DNA from: a bacterium
GTDB taxonomy: Bacteria > Patescibacteriota > Minisyncoccia > Phycocordibacterales > Phycocordibacteraceae
Reading direction: 5' to 3'
Assembly (NCBI GenBank): GCA_037200965.1
Contig: JBBCGK010000001.1
Location: forward strand, 128,001 to 192,000
Length of the DNA stretch: 64,000 nucleotides
Shown here: piece after piece, positions 8,987-18,841 of the stretch
Numbering within the stretch: the stretch's first letter is position 1
How the letters are laid out: each line of letters begins with the position of its first letter
Notes under the pieces: generated by a model
What the model was told of the DNA's origin: nothing
Seen by the model: only the letters and a program-made list of their open reading frames with translations
Database searches by the model: none
Program-made: the position numbers and the translations under genes

Positions 8987-10254
8987 CAAAGTTATACCTC
9001 GAACATAAGTCGACTATCCACAATCTCGGTTGGAGGATACTTCAAATCACGAGTCAACAGGGAATGGTTCTTTTTCTGTTCATCCTATGCGCCCGTTTTC
9101 TTTCTCCGATAGAATTCGGTTTCTATAATTATACACTGGCGATAGTATTATTCTTAGTAATGTTCGGGGATTTCGGTATTTCCTCGGCAACTTCCAAATA
9201 TGTTGCTGAATATAATGTTACCAATAAAGAAAAATTGCGAGCCATACCTTTCAACGCCGGTATCACTGTTTTTGGGTTCGGATTGCTTACATCCATTATT
9301 GTTCTTATATTTGGCTCATTATACCTCGGCAATCATTTTGAGTCGGTCTTATATGTTTTACCTCTTGTTTTTCTTACCCCTCTCGTTTCGCTCTATGATG
9401 GTATATATCGCGGATTAAGACGTTTCCGCTCTTTAACTTTGATATCAGCTGTCATTGCCTGCCTTTTTGTACCACTAGCTTATTTTTTGGTAAAAACACA
9501 GGGTCTTTTAGGGGCGTTACTGGCGCAAGATGTGTTCTACTTCGTACTATTGGCAGGTCTCGTTATAGGCTATAGGGATTTTGCTTTCAAAATTAATTGG
9601 AAGGTAATTAAAATGATACTAAAGTACTCGGTTATTGTTGGAATTGGTAGTGTGGGATTCTTTTTCTTTGGAAAAATTGATACGATTTTCCTTGGTTCGT
9701 TTGGTTATATCAAAGATATCGGCTATATTGAGATCCTCAATAGGCTTTTTAGCATAGTTGGAACTCTTCCCCTTATTATAGCGAGCGTCATCGGCCCCAC
9801 AATTGCGGGAATCCATAGTCGGAAGGAACATAAACTTTTGCTAATAAAGCTAAATAAATATATTGTACTCTCTTTAATTATTGCGCTGATTGGCAGTCTG
9901 GCCTTTTTGTTCTTTGGCAAGTACGTTATTCAGTTCGCTTTTCCTCAATATTACGATCAGACAATGATAAATATTATTCCTTTATATTCTTTACTACTGT
10001 TTAGTTACTTATGTGCAAGTATAGTGCCCTCGGGCTTTGCTGTATATACGGGCCACGCGAAGATAAGCGCTTATTTTCTTATTGGTTTCGGCATCTTGCA
10101 TGTAATATTAAATTACGTTTTTCTCTCAGCTTTCGGTTTCTACGGACTTATATTCTCAATTCTACTGACCCGTATACCTTCTGACTTATTATTTATATTT
10201 TTTTATAAAACTATTCTTTCTCGAGAACAAACAGCCGAAACGGCTGCATATTAG
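8977..10254 (+). CDS. Wzx-like polysaccharide flippase / MOP-superfamily membrane protein
   Basis: ~12 predicted TM helices; SSATSKYVAEY motif typical of polysaccharide biosynthesis protein (Wzx/RfbX) family. Start chosen at the internal MALAKLY. Confidence 0.65.
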   Translation: MALAKLYLEHKSTIHNLGWRILQITSQQGMVLFLFILCARFLSPIEFGFYNYTLAIVLFLVMFGDFGISSATSKYVAEYNVTNKEKLRAIPFNAGITVFGFGLLTSIIVLIFGSLYLGNHFESVLYVLPLVFLTPLVSLYDGIYRGLRRFRSLTLISAVIACLFVPLAYFLVKTQGLLGALLAQDVFYFVLLAGLVIGYRDFAFKINWKVIKMILKYSVIVGIGSVGFFFFGKIDTIFLGSFGYIKDIGYIEILNRLFSIVGTLPLIIASVIGPTIAGIHSRKEHKLLLIKLNKYIVLSLIIALIGSLAFLFFGKYVIQFAFPQYYDQTMINIIPLYSLLLFSYLCASIVPSGFAVYTGHAKISAYFLIGFGILHVILNYVFLSAFGFYGLIFSILLTRIPSDLLFIFFYKTILSREQTAETAAY

Positions 10255-12157
10255 GCACTTCCCTAAAGCCGACAGCTGACAGCTGATTATAGGTATTCTG
10301 TGTAATGTCTGAGGGCCACGGCCTGATAAAAACAACTACGCTAAAAGGCTCATTATTCATCAAATTCTCGAGATCCTGAATATTAATATAACTTGCGTCC
10401 AAGATGAAATGTTTGCCCGACTTTGCGTTAAAAACATTACCCAGCACATTTTTTTTTCCATAATTTCCAGCGTTTTCATTATAAAAGAAAATCTCTTCGT
10501 CGTACAAAATATATTTAATTGGCAATCCGTAATCGCCAATTTGAACCCCCATGTAATTTGGAATTACGATTGTGTCCTTAGGTAGAGCATTTTTAATAAA
10601 ATTTGCTGGTTGCGAGAAATCTAAAGTTTTAGACCACATAACGTCTTGAGCGTTCAATATTCCTACCGAAAAAAGAGAGGTGGCAATAATTGTTCCAAAA
10701 GCAATTCGCTGCCCTAACGAAAGACCTTTAAAGAATTCAGTAACACTTAGTGCAATTGCCAAAGCCCAGATAGGAGATGTAATAAAAAAGTACCGATACC
10801 CAGCAGGTGTACCTGCTAGCATAATAGGAATGTAAGACACCACAAGCCATATTATGAGATAGATCAGTTTATTCTTAAGAAACTTATCTCTTGCATATAA
10901 CAGCATCGCTATAATACCTGATAATGCAATCGTATTTACTAAAATGGTTGCTATATTACCCCATGAATAAGAATACGGATAAAAAACACTTTCTCTATAA
11001 CTTGCCCACGGAGGAAGACCGCCGATTAAACCATGATAGTAGAAAGCGATGGCGTCAGCAGGATTGCCCTTATAAGCCAGTAGAGCGCACACAGGTAAGC
11101 CTAAAGAAATAAAGAAAAATACCTGATAAAACTCCCGCTTTCTATTTAAAATAACCCACAGAAAAGAAGTGAGGTAAGCCGTAAAAACAAACCAGATATT
11201 AGTGAGATTATTATCTAATAAGATAGCAAGCGCTACGGCAGATAGAATATATTTAAGTATCCTTTGCTGAATACAAACGATCAAAAATAAGAATAGATAA
11301 AATAATGCTACGCTAAAAATATATCCACGAACCTCGTTTTCCAATGTAAGTAGAAAGTAAGAAGTAGAGTAAATTAATAGTGCTAACAAGGCAGTCCTTG
11401 AATTTGTATACTTCTTTGCTAAAGAAAATAAAGGGTATAGTGCGCCAAGGTAAAATAAAAGATTTAAGAATCGACCAGCGTGCAAATAATTATGAGTTAA
11501 TACATTTGCTATATGTAGAAAAAAGAAATAAATAAATCCGGATGATATAGGATTCTCTGATGGAAAATAAGGAAACGAACTAGTGCCATAAATGCTTGCG
11601 GTTTTAATCGATATCCATTCATCTAACCAAAAGGAATGAATAAAAGGCCATTGATAGACAACCATTCCTAAATTTATTACAAATATCGAAACAATAAGAA
11701 CAATATATATAGGACTGTTATCCACTTTATCAATCACATGAGGATCTATTTTTATTTTATGCAAGAAAGACCTTTGGTATACAAGAATACCTGCACAAAT
11801 GCCAATAAGAACTGCGTAATATGCTGAGTCTGGATTAGTTGTCTCAACAAAGCTAAATAATTTATTTAAATCTAAGAGAAGCAGAAAAGTTAAGCAGCTC
11901 CATAATGAGGTAATAGCTACAATAAAAACATATTTATCTAAGACTTTAGAGGTAAAACTACGATACCAATTAAGAAAAGCTGCGTAACTAGATACTATCC
12001 CACATGTTAATAGAAATGTTTTAGGAATAAACCAAGTAAAATCGAGTCCGAAACACGCAATGCAGAACAGTACTATTGAAATAGTAAGAAGAAAAGGCGT
12101 GAGAAAGCGAGTCTCAAGTACTTTAAGTAACCTGAATATTTTGCTTCTACTGAACAT
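10211..12157 (-). CDS. GT-C-type polytopic membrane glycosyltransferase-like protein (ArnT/PMT-like) with C-terminal soluble domain
   Basis: ~450-aa multi-TM N-terminal region plus ~180-aa C-terminal domain; architecture of GT39/GT83 enzymes. No precise family call is possible from sequence alone. Confidence 0.5.
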   Translation of the reverse strand: MFSRSKIFRLLKVLETRFLTPFLLTISIVLFCIACFGLDFTWFIPKTFLLTCGIVSSYAAFLNWYRSFTSKVLDKYVFIVAITSLWSCLTFLLLLDLNKLFSFVETTNPDSAYYAVLIGICAGILVYQRSFLHKIKIDPHVIDKVDNSPIYIVLIVSIFVINLGMVVYQWPFIHSFWLDEWISIKTASIYGTSSFPYFPSENPISSGFIYFFFLHIANVLTHNYLHAGRFLNLLFYLGALYPLFSLAKKYTNSRTALLALLIYSTSYFLLTLENEVRGYIFSVALFYLFLFLIVCIQQRILKYILSAVALAILLDNNLTNIWFVFTAYLTSFLWVILNRKREFYQVFFFISLGLPVCALLAYKGNPADAIAFYYHGLIGGLPPWASYRESVFYPYSYSWGNIATILVNTIALSGIIAMLLYARDKFLKNKLIYLIIWLVVSYIPIMLAGTPAGYRYFFITSPIWALAIALSVTEFFKGLSLGQRIAFGTIIATSLFSVGILNAQDVMWSKTLDFSQPANFIKNALPKDTIVIPNYMGVQIGDYGLPIKYILYDEEIFFYNENAGNYGKKNVLGNVFNAKSGKHFILDASYINIQDLENLMNNEPFSVVVFIRPWPSDITQNTYNQLSAVGFREVPNMQPFRLFVLEKE

Positions 12158-12428
12158 TTAGGTTAATCTTTGAAAGATTTGTAGATGTGCCACTCGCTAT
12201 CGGTATACTCGTCTGTGACCCGCTTACCTGAGTTAAGTAACCATTCGTGTTGGTATCTTTCCGTACCGGAGAAAGCGGTATTCCTTTAAATGCGAAAATT
12301 CCAGCCCGTACATACGAGCCGGAACAGGTCCGTTGCTCCCGGAGAGGTTCTTGAAAAATACGTTTTTCCCGCCAATTAAACAAGTGTTTGTATATTCGCG
12401 TTCAAAACAGGCAAAAGGGCTCGATACC

Positions 12429-13541
12429 TCAAGCTTTTTTGCGTATTTTGACCAACACGGAATTTAACGTAGCTCCGCTTACCTCATATTTATATTTTGC
12501 ATACTTATTAATCAAATTTAGTGGGCTGTAACCTATTTTATATAAACATCCACGATAGAAAGTGGCTGTCCCATGTCCAGCCTTACCGAAAGTTAAGTTT
12601 TGATGACCATTATAATCCTTCCAAATTGTACTGGTCTCTATATACGTTCTTCCAACTAGATTTTCATCAATATACAGTTCGATATAGGCGCTCGTGTCTG
12701 GAAAAGGAGAATACGTAGCGAAAGCGCTGTGCTTGCTATTAAAAAAATCTTCCTTAATTGGATAAGTAATAACATAAAATGGACCTTGTGCGTCGGTCAT
12801 ACGTCCCACTTGAAAAGATACCGTACTTTTATTTTGCAACAGCTCCCAATTATAATGCCCCACAATCTCCTGAAAACCCTGCGTCGGGTCCTCCGGCGTC
12901 CACTCGGCATACACCGTAAACGGTCCGTCTTCGAACATATCGGCAGATCCGGGAAGCTCGAGCTTGCTCTTCCCGTCGAAATACTCGCACCCGTCAAAGT
13001 GAAAGGAATCGCCGACAAGATCGCCCGGCGTACTCGTCGAGAAATCCCACGAATAATCCCAGTCCACCGAGTCCGGATCGAAATCAAGATGCGGCGGGAT
13101 AACCTCGATGCCCGGTCCGCCTTCGACGGAAACCGTCACCCGCGCATTCTTAAGCGCAACGCCTGGATCGAACGTGGCCATGACAAGCCCGTTGAGCTCC
13201 CGATAGGGAATTCCGTTCTCGTCAACCTTCCGCTCGCTTAGCTGCCGGGAAGGCTCGAGGCGGAAAGGACCCGACGTATCGCCCGGAGAGCCCACTTCTA
13301 TAGTAAAGTTCTTCGAGTACCCGAAGGGAAGGAAATTGACGTAGAGAACATAGAGAAGGAAAACGAGCGGGATGGCATACGCGGCAAAGGTCAGCCAGAA
13401 CTCGAGAGTCCGGACGGCCCGCCGGAATCTCGCAGGAGTCTCTCTAATGAAGCGCGTAACTTCCGCAGCGGCCCTGTGAAGGGCCGCTGCCGCGTAGCTA
13501 GCTACGCGCTCGTATATGCCGTTTGCGTCCATGCAATGCAT
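12429..13541 (-). CDS. membrane-anchored hypothetical protein with probable LamG/ConA-like beta-sandwich domain
   Basis: One N-terminal TM helix, then a W/Y/G-rich beta-type sequence. High GC resumes here. Confidence 0.45.
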   Translation of the reverse strand: MHCMDANGIYERVASYAAAALHRAAAEVTRFIRETPARFRRAVRTLEFWLTFAAYAIPLVFLLYVLYVNFLPFGYSKNFTIEVGSPGDTSGPFRLEPSRQLSERKVDENGIPYRELNGLVMATFDPGVALKNARVTVSVEGGPGIEVIPPHLDFDPDSVDWDYSWDFSTSTPGDLVGDSFHFDGCEYFDGKSKLELPGSADMFEDGPFTVYAEWTPEDPTQGFQEIVGHYNWELLQNKSTVSFQVGRMTDAQGPFYVITYPIKEDFFNSKHSAFATYSPFPDTSAYIELYIDENLVGRTYIETSTIWKDYNGHQNLTFGKAGHGTATFYRGCLYKIGYSPLNLINKYAKYKYEVSGATLNSVLVKIRKKA

Positions 13542-13731
13542 TTAGCCACGATTCTCCGATTTCTGCAATGCATCTCGTCCTTAATATCCCATATAATTGA
13601 GACCACACCAAAGATACCAGCGCAATATCCGAACTGCCGCTATCCCCACGATCATTGATTTTTCACTTGCGCGCGCTATACTGCAGTCATACATAGCTTC
13701 GTCCGCTTTCCACGGAACGGAGAAATAATGC

Positions 13732-14581
13732 ATGAAAACGAACAACCGAAAGAGGGTTCCCGCCTCGGACGCGCTTATTTCAAAGCTGGTGCAGCTTGAG
13801 ATAGAGATAAGCAAACTGCCCCGCCTTTCCCCGCTTGAGCAGGCGAAACTTAACAACGGACGCGCGATCGAGCATTTGTATTATTCCAGCAAGCTGGAAG
13901 GCAGCAGCCTCAGCGAAAAGAAAATAGAACACGCCATCTATGGCCGACGGATTTCGGCCGCCTAAAGACAAGGATGAGCTCGAAGACCGCGAAGTGCGCG
14001 GCTTCTGGAAAGCTATCGCGCTTTCAAAGAAAATCGGCGAGAGCAGGGAACGCATCACCCTCGATACTATATTGCGCATCCACCGGACCATGTTCGAGTC
14101 CGTAGCCCCGGCAATGGCCGGTCGTTTTCGCACTGCCGGGGAGGATATAAAGAAGTTGGAATGCCTGGAACCTCCTCCGGGGAGGGTTGTACAGGAAAAG
14201 ATGTATGAATTCTGGAAAATCCTAGACGCGCAGTTGTCAGTACTCCCGTCGCATGCCAAAGGGAATACCGTCACGCAGACAAGAAAATGGAGGACCTCCG
14301 TTTTTGACACAGCGACTTGGACCCAGCATCAGGTTGCCGCAATACACCCGTTCTGCGACGGGAACGGCCGCATGTCCCGGCTCCTCACGAATCTTATACT
14401 CAGCAGATACGGGCTCCCTCCGAGCCAAGTTAAATATGAAGGTGAGGATAAGAAAATGTATCTGAGAGCGCTTTGCCAGATTGATCTCTATGGGGACTAT
14501 GAGCCGCTCAAAAAACTCATCGTGCGGAGCGTCTACGAGGAGTACCGAAAAGAACGCATTTTGAGAAGGAGAAACGGTTAG
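13732..14581 (+). pseudogene. Fic-family protein split by a +1 frameshift (77-aa N-terminal SxxxEG piece plus 213-aa Fic core)
   Basis: ORF 13732..13965 carries YSSKLEGSS (SxxxEG); overlapping ORF 13940..14581 in the +1 frame carries HPFCDGNGRMSR. Together they reconstruct a ~290-aa class II-like Fic. Promoter TTGATT-N17-TATACT at ~13657-13690. Confidence 0.55.
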
Positions 14582-14676
14582 CGGCGAATCTGCGAATTCA
14601 CTCATCGCTTTTTATAAAAATCTTATACGCGGGATGCTATCACATTCCTCATACAAGGAACGATAACGACATCGAC

Positions 14677-14910
14677 ATGCTATCCACGTGCGGAAGATGC
14701 GGATCATTTTCATTCGAACGAAAGGGGCTTGAGCGCGAAACCGCGTTCGCGTTCGTTCAATGCGCGCGGTGCGGGGTTCCCGCGGGGCTTGCGCAGGAGC
14801 GGATTGACGGCGCGGACTCCGTAAGCGCGCTTGCCGTCAAACTCGACGGAATTACATCCGCTCTCGCCGCGCTTACGGAAGCCGTGCGGCAGCTTGAACA
14901 ACGAAACTAA
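14677..14910 (+). CDS. small CxxC...CxxC zinc-ribbon protein
   Basis: CGRCGS...CARCG; followed by a perfect hairpin at 14909-14934. Confidence 0.3.
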   Translation: MLSTCGRCGSFSFERKGLERETAFAFVQCARCGVPAGLAQERIDGADSVSALAVKLDGITSALAALTEAVRQLEQRN

Positions 14911-15046
14911 CTCCGCCACTTGCGTGGCGGAGTTAGTCGGCGCTTGGCTACGGTGTATGTAGTAACCGTGGGAGAACTAGGTCCTCACAAGCGCTGATAA
15001 CAAAATAAGCTCTCGGTCCAGAAAATACAAATACGCCGGGACCTGC

Positions 15047-16594
15047 CTAGAACCGATACACCCAGATTTCGGAATAAGAATTCGTCTTGCTGTAAAACAC
15101 CTCCGTAAAATGCTCCCGGATATAGGCGGTTTCCTCCTCCGGAAGGCGGCCGGGGCTCAGGGCAAGCGTATCAAGGACGAGGTAGCCGCGCGAAGAGGAG
15201 GTGAGCGCCTGAAGCGGGGCGAGTCCGTCGAGCACCCTTGCTCCGACATAGGATTCGCGCCCGTCGGGGGAAACCGCCGCAGGATCGTCAAAACCCAGAT
15301 AGTCATACCGCACCCAATAGCCGGGCTCGCCGAGGAATATCTTGGTGAATTGAGGGAGAGACGAGACGATCGCGTCTCCCGGGACGCGGTGCGACTTGAT
15401 GTACGCGTACGCTCCCGTCCAGTCCGGCTGCGGCGTATAGGCGTAGTAGGGGCGGGCGGCGAGCGCCGCAGGATCGTCCGACTCGAGGAAGTAGAGGCTC
15501 TCGGGCTTCCATACGCCCGTACCCGAGGCAAAGAAGGCCAGAACAACGAGAAGCCCGATACTTATCTTCTGCCACCGCGGGCGCGCCAAGCTTATAAGAT
15601 CGGAAGTCCCGAGCGCGGCGAGAATGAAGATGACGGGCGTGAGGTGGAAGAGGTAGCGGTAGTGCACGATGCCCGTCAGAAATCCGAGCGGAAGGAGATA
15701 CGCGAGAAGGGCGAAGAGAAGGAGCCATACGCCGCGCCGGTCCTCCCGCGTTCGCGCAAGCGCGACCAGGGCAAGAAGGAGGAGCGGCCAATAGGAGCGG
15801 AGGTAGAAGCTCAGGTAGTAGGGAAGTTCGTAGTGGAAACTTATATGGCTCATAAGTCCTGCCAAGGAAGCGGGCGCGAACGCGCAGCCGACGGCACCCG
15901 CGCAGGCCAAGGCAAGCGCTGCGAATCCCGCCTCGCGAAGCCTAAAGAGTTTTCTAAGAATCCAGCGGTCAACCAGAAACCACGCGATAAAGATGCCCGG
16001 CAAAAGCCAGCCAAGGCCGTGCGTGAGAATCGCGAGGGCGGACAGAACGAAGGTGGCGGCGCCGTACATAACGCGCGATGCCCGGCTTCCGCCCGCATAG
16101 AGAAAGCGGTAGAAACACAGGAGCGCGAGCCAGAAGAACAGCTCGAAAAGCGTATACCAGCGAGCCTGCCGCGACCAGGCGATCTGGAAGTACGAAAGGG
16201 CGGTGAAGGCGGCTGCGGCAAGTCCCGCGAAGCGCCCGAACATGCCGGCTCCCGCGAGATACGCGACAAGAATGAAGGCCGTCCCGGCGATCGCGGCGAG
16301 GAGACGGTACGAGAACGGGCCGTCTCCGAATTCCTGCGCGATAACGGCGGTCGGGTAGCAGTACGTAGGACAGGAGTACTGCTTGCCCGAATCGAGCACG
16401 GTCGAGCCGTGCTCCTTTACGGAAAGCACGGCATTTATCGTGTACCCTTCGTCCATCCAGTAGGATTGCGCGGAGAGGCCGTAGAAACGAAAGAAAGCCC
16501 CCGCGAGAATAAGGACCGGAAGGAGCGAGAGGACGAGCCAGGCCGCGCAGCCGTTACCCCCAGCCCGAAACCCCGGATGCCTTGCGTTCTTCAT
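15047..16594 (-). CDS. GT-C-type membrane glycosyltransferase (ArnT/PMT, GT39/GT83-like)
   Basis: Polytopic membrane protein; N-terminal region FYGLSAQSYWMDEGYT resembles the first-loop motif of ArnT/PMT enzymes. Start moved to MKNARHPGF (16594), avoiding overlap with the divergent gene. Confidence 0.6.
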   Translation of the reverse strand: MKNARHPGFRAGGNGCAAWLVLSLLPVLILAGAFFRFYGLSAQSYWMDEGYTINAVLSVKEHGSTVLDSGKQYSCPTYCYPTAVIAQEFGDGPFSYRLLAAIAGTAFILVAYLAGAGMFGRFAGLAAAAFTALSYFQIAWSRQARWYTLFELFFWLALLCFYRFLYAGGSRASRVMYGAATFVLSALAILTHGLGWLLPGIFIAWFLVDRWILRKLFRLREAGFAALALACAGAVGCAFAPASLAGLMSHISFHYELPYYLSFYLRSYWPLLLLALVALARTREDRRGVWLLLFALLAYLLPLGFLTGIVHYRYLFHLTPVIFILAALGTSDLISLARPRWQKISIGLLVVLAFFASGTGVWKPESLYFLESDDPAALAARPYYAYTPQPDWTGAYAYIKSHRVPGDAIVSSLPQFTKIFLGEPGYWVRYDYLGFDDPAAVSPDGRESYVGARVLDGLAPLQALTSSSRGYLVLDTLALSPGRLPEEETAYIREHFTEVFYSKTNSYSEIWVYRF

Positions 16595-16667
16595 GGGATT
16601 GTGCAATACTCGATCACGACAGTATAGGGGGAATATTATCGGATCGCAATTTATTTTATTTCGCATG

Positions 16668-17195
16668 AAAAGCTTTTCAATCAAGAAATCGGCCGTTCTC
16701 GCGACGCTCGTCCTCGTGCTTTCGAGCGTCGGGTTCGGCACGGCCTTCGGCTACGGCAGGAGCGGCCAGAGCGTGCGCGTCCAGCTTCAGCCTACGGTCA
16801 CGACGACGACCGGCGGCCAGGTGCTCGGCGCATCCGCCTTCAACTTCTCGACCGATCTCACGGTCGGCTCGACCGGGGATGCGGTCACCGCGCTCCAGGA
16901 AACCCTTATCGCGGACATCTATCTCAAAATAGACGCCCCGACCGGATACTTCGGGCCGATGACGCTCGCGGCAGTGAAACTCTGGCAGGCGGCGCACGGC
17001 GTTCCGGCAACAGGCTATGTAGGGCCGCTGACCCGCGCAGCTCTCAATTCCGGCAGCCTTCCGACTGCCTCTGACGAAACGAAGGCAATGGCTTCGGTTG
17101 AAGCAAAGGCACAGCTTGCGAAAGCTCTCGAGCAGCTTGCGAAACTCCAGGCCGCCTATGACGCGGCAGTAAAGGCAGGCACCCTTAAGCCGTAA
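16668..17195 (+). CDS. secreted peptidoglycan-binding-domain protein
   Basis: Signal peptide; GDAVTALQETL...YFGPMTLAAVKLWQAAHGVPATGYVGPLTRAAL matches the PG_binding_1 pattern. Confidence 0.7.
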   Translation, partial: KSFSIKKSAVLATLVLVLSSVGFGTAFGYGRSGQSVRVQLQPTVTTTTGGQVLGASAFNFSTDLTVGSTGDAVTALQETLIADIYLKIDAPTGYFGPMTLAAVKLWQAAHGVPATGYVGPLTRAALNSGSLPTASDETKAMASVEAKAQLAKALEQLAKLQAAYDAAVKAGTLKP

Positions 17196-17220
17196 AGAGC
17201 AGGGAAGTTATCCCCTCCCG

Positions 17221-17250
17221 AAAGCGCCCGCTTGTAAAGCGGGCGCTTTC
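17221..17250 (+). terminator. hairpin terminator
   Basis: AAAGCGCCCGCTT-GTAA-AGCGGGCGCTTT. Confidence 0.5.
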
Positions 17251-17269
17251 GTGTCATGCTTATGCCAAC

Positions 17270-18277
17270 ATGGCGAGCCCCCGAAAGCCCTGGTGGAAAC
17301 ACCTCAAGCATACGTTCGTCGCTTCGGTCGAGAACGACCGCCATCCGCATCTCCTCAGGCGCGAAGCGGTGCTTGGCGTCCTCATCCTCGCCATTCTTAT
17401 CGAGGGAGCGGTGTTCGCCCAGGAATTCATCACGTTCAGGCAAAGCGACTATCTCGCAAGCGTCCTTCCGGGGGTCGTGACCGCGCTTACGAACGATGCC
17501 CGCAGCGAAAGCCATCTCGCCGTTCTCACGCCCGACCCCGGGCTTGCCCGCGCGGCGCAGGCCAAGGCCGACGACATGTCCGCCAAGGGCTATTTCTCGC
17601 ATGTGAGCCCCGACGGGACGCTCCCGTGGCACTGGTTTACGGCCGCAGGCTACGACTATACCTATGCCGGGGAAAACCTCGCGGTCAACTTCGGCGACTC
17701 CGAGCAGCTCGTCGACGCCTGGCTCGCTTCGCCCGCGCACCGCGCGAACATCCTTGGCACCCACTTTACGTCGATCGGCATCGGGATGGCGACCGGCACC
17801 TATGAGGGCAAGTCCACGCTCTTCGTCGTGGAATTCTTCGCAAAGCCCGCAGGCGGCGCGAAACTTGCGGCACAGCCTGCTCCGACGGCTCTCAAAGCCC
17901 CGGAGATCGCGAAAGCGACAGCAGTCCCCGCTACGGTTCCGGTCGTGACGGAAAAGGGAGGCGCGACGGAACCGGTCGTTCTTGGCGTGCAGGACGAACG
18001 CGTTTCCCCGGTTGCCGCAGTCCTCGCCTCGCCGCTTAAGTTCTCCGCTTACGCGTTCGGCGCGATCATCCTCGCCTTTCTCCTTGCGATCGGGCTCGGG
18101 CTCGTATTCCACCTTAAGCTCCCGCGCTTTAGCGCCCTTACCGCGGGTCTCGTCGTGATAGCGGTGATGCTCGGTCTTGGGCTTCTCAACCGGAGCCTGG
18201 CATTCCCTCCGCTTGAAATCCCGGCTGATGCGGCAAGCGCGAATGTCCTTACCGGACTCACCCTGCCTTCGCCATGA
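17270..18277 (+). CDS. CAP/SCP (YkwD-like) domain protein with C-terminal membrane anchor
   Basis: HVSPDGTLPWHW...GENLA...AWLASPAHRANIL signatures of CAP superfamily. Confidence 0.7.
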   Translation: MASPRKPWWKHLKHTFVASVENDRHPHLLRREAVLGVLILAILIEGAVFAQEFITFRQSDYLASVLPGVVTALTNDARSESHLAVLTPDPGLARAAQAKADDMSAKGYFSHVSPDGTLPWHWFTAAGYDYTYAGENLAVNFGDSEQLVDAWLASPAHRANILGTHFTSIGIGMATGTYEGKSTLFVVEFFAKPAGGAKLAAQPAPTALKAPEIAKATAVPATVPVVTEKGGATEPVVLGVQDERVSPVAAVLASPLKFSAYAFGAIILAFLLAIGLGLVFHLKLPRFSALTAGLVVIAVMLGLGLLNRSLAFPPLEIPADAASANVLTGLTLPSP

Positions 18278-18448
18278 AGCTCACCTACGGACAGTCCCGA
18301 AGCGCGCGTCCCTGGATCAGGGAATTCTTCCATTTCACGGGCGGCTTTACGCTTATCCTCGGGAGCGCCCTGGTGCTGCTGTTTGTGATCCAGTCGGTAT
18401 TGGAATAATCCGGGCTTTCCCTACAAATTCATCCTTGCATGCGATAAG

Positions 18449-18829
18449 ATGAAAACCATGAACACCAGAGAATCGACCATCAAAGAATACCGGTCCAGGC
18501 TGCCGCAAAGGATAAAGGTATCGATCGAATCCTCGGAAGAGGGGCTCTGGGCGCGCATTTCCGCGGACGACGGGTCTTTGGAGCACTGCTACACGCAGGC
18601 GGCTAATATAACCGAACTCGTTCCGATGGTGAACGACGCGGTGCAGACGCACTTCGAGGTTCCCGAAGAATTCAGGAGCGAGGTAGGCTACTATTCTCCC
18701 TTGTCCGACACCCACATACAACTTGAAGACATGTTCCGAAAGCTCGTATCCATGGAACGGCAGGCAAGCGCTACCGGAAAGAGCGAAGCAATCCTTACCC
18801 TCAAGGATAACCAGCTTGAGGTTTGCTAA
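18449..18829 (+). CDS. hicB: HicB-family antitoxin-like protein
   Basis: VSIESSEEGLWARISADDGSLEHCYTQAANITELVPMVNDAV resembles the HicB N-domain pattern (E-dGgY-a-vpdlPGC-TQG-T-eEA). Confidence 0.5.
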   Translation: MKTMNTRESTIKEYRSRLPQRIKVSIESSEEGLWARISADDGSLEHCYTQAANITELVPMVNDAVQTHFEVPEEFRSEVGYYSPLSDTHIQLEDMFRKLVSMERQASATGKSEAILTLKDNQLEVC

Positions 18830-18841
18830 ACCAGGGAGGAT

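Noticed and set aside
14909-14934. Perfect hairpin AACTCCGCCAC-TTGC-GTGGCGGAGTT as a terminator
   Set aside because: Strong stem but no U-tract follows. Noted as possible transcript-stabilising or termination structure only; not listed as a confident terminator.
15110-16627. 505-aa plus-strand ORF
   Set aside because: Antisense to the GT-C membrane protein gene; extremely R/E/G-rich.
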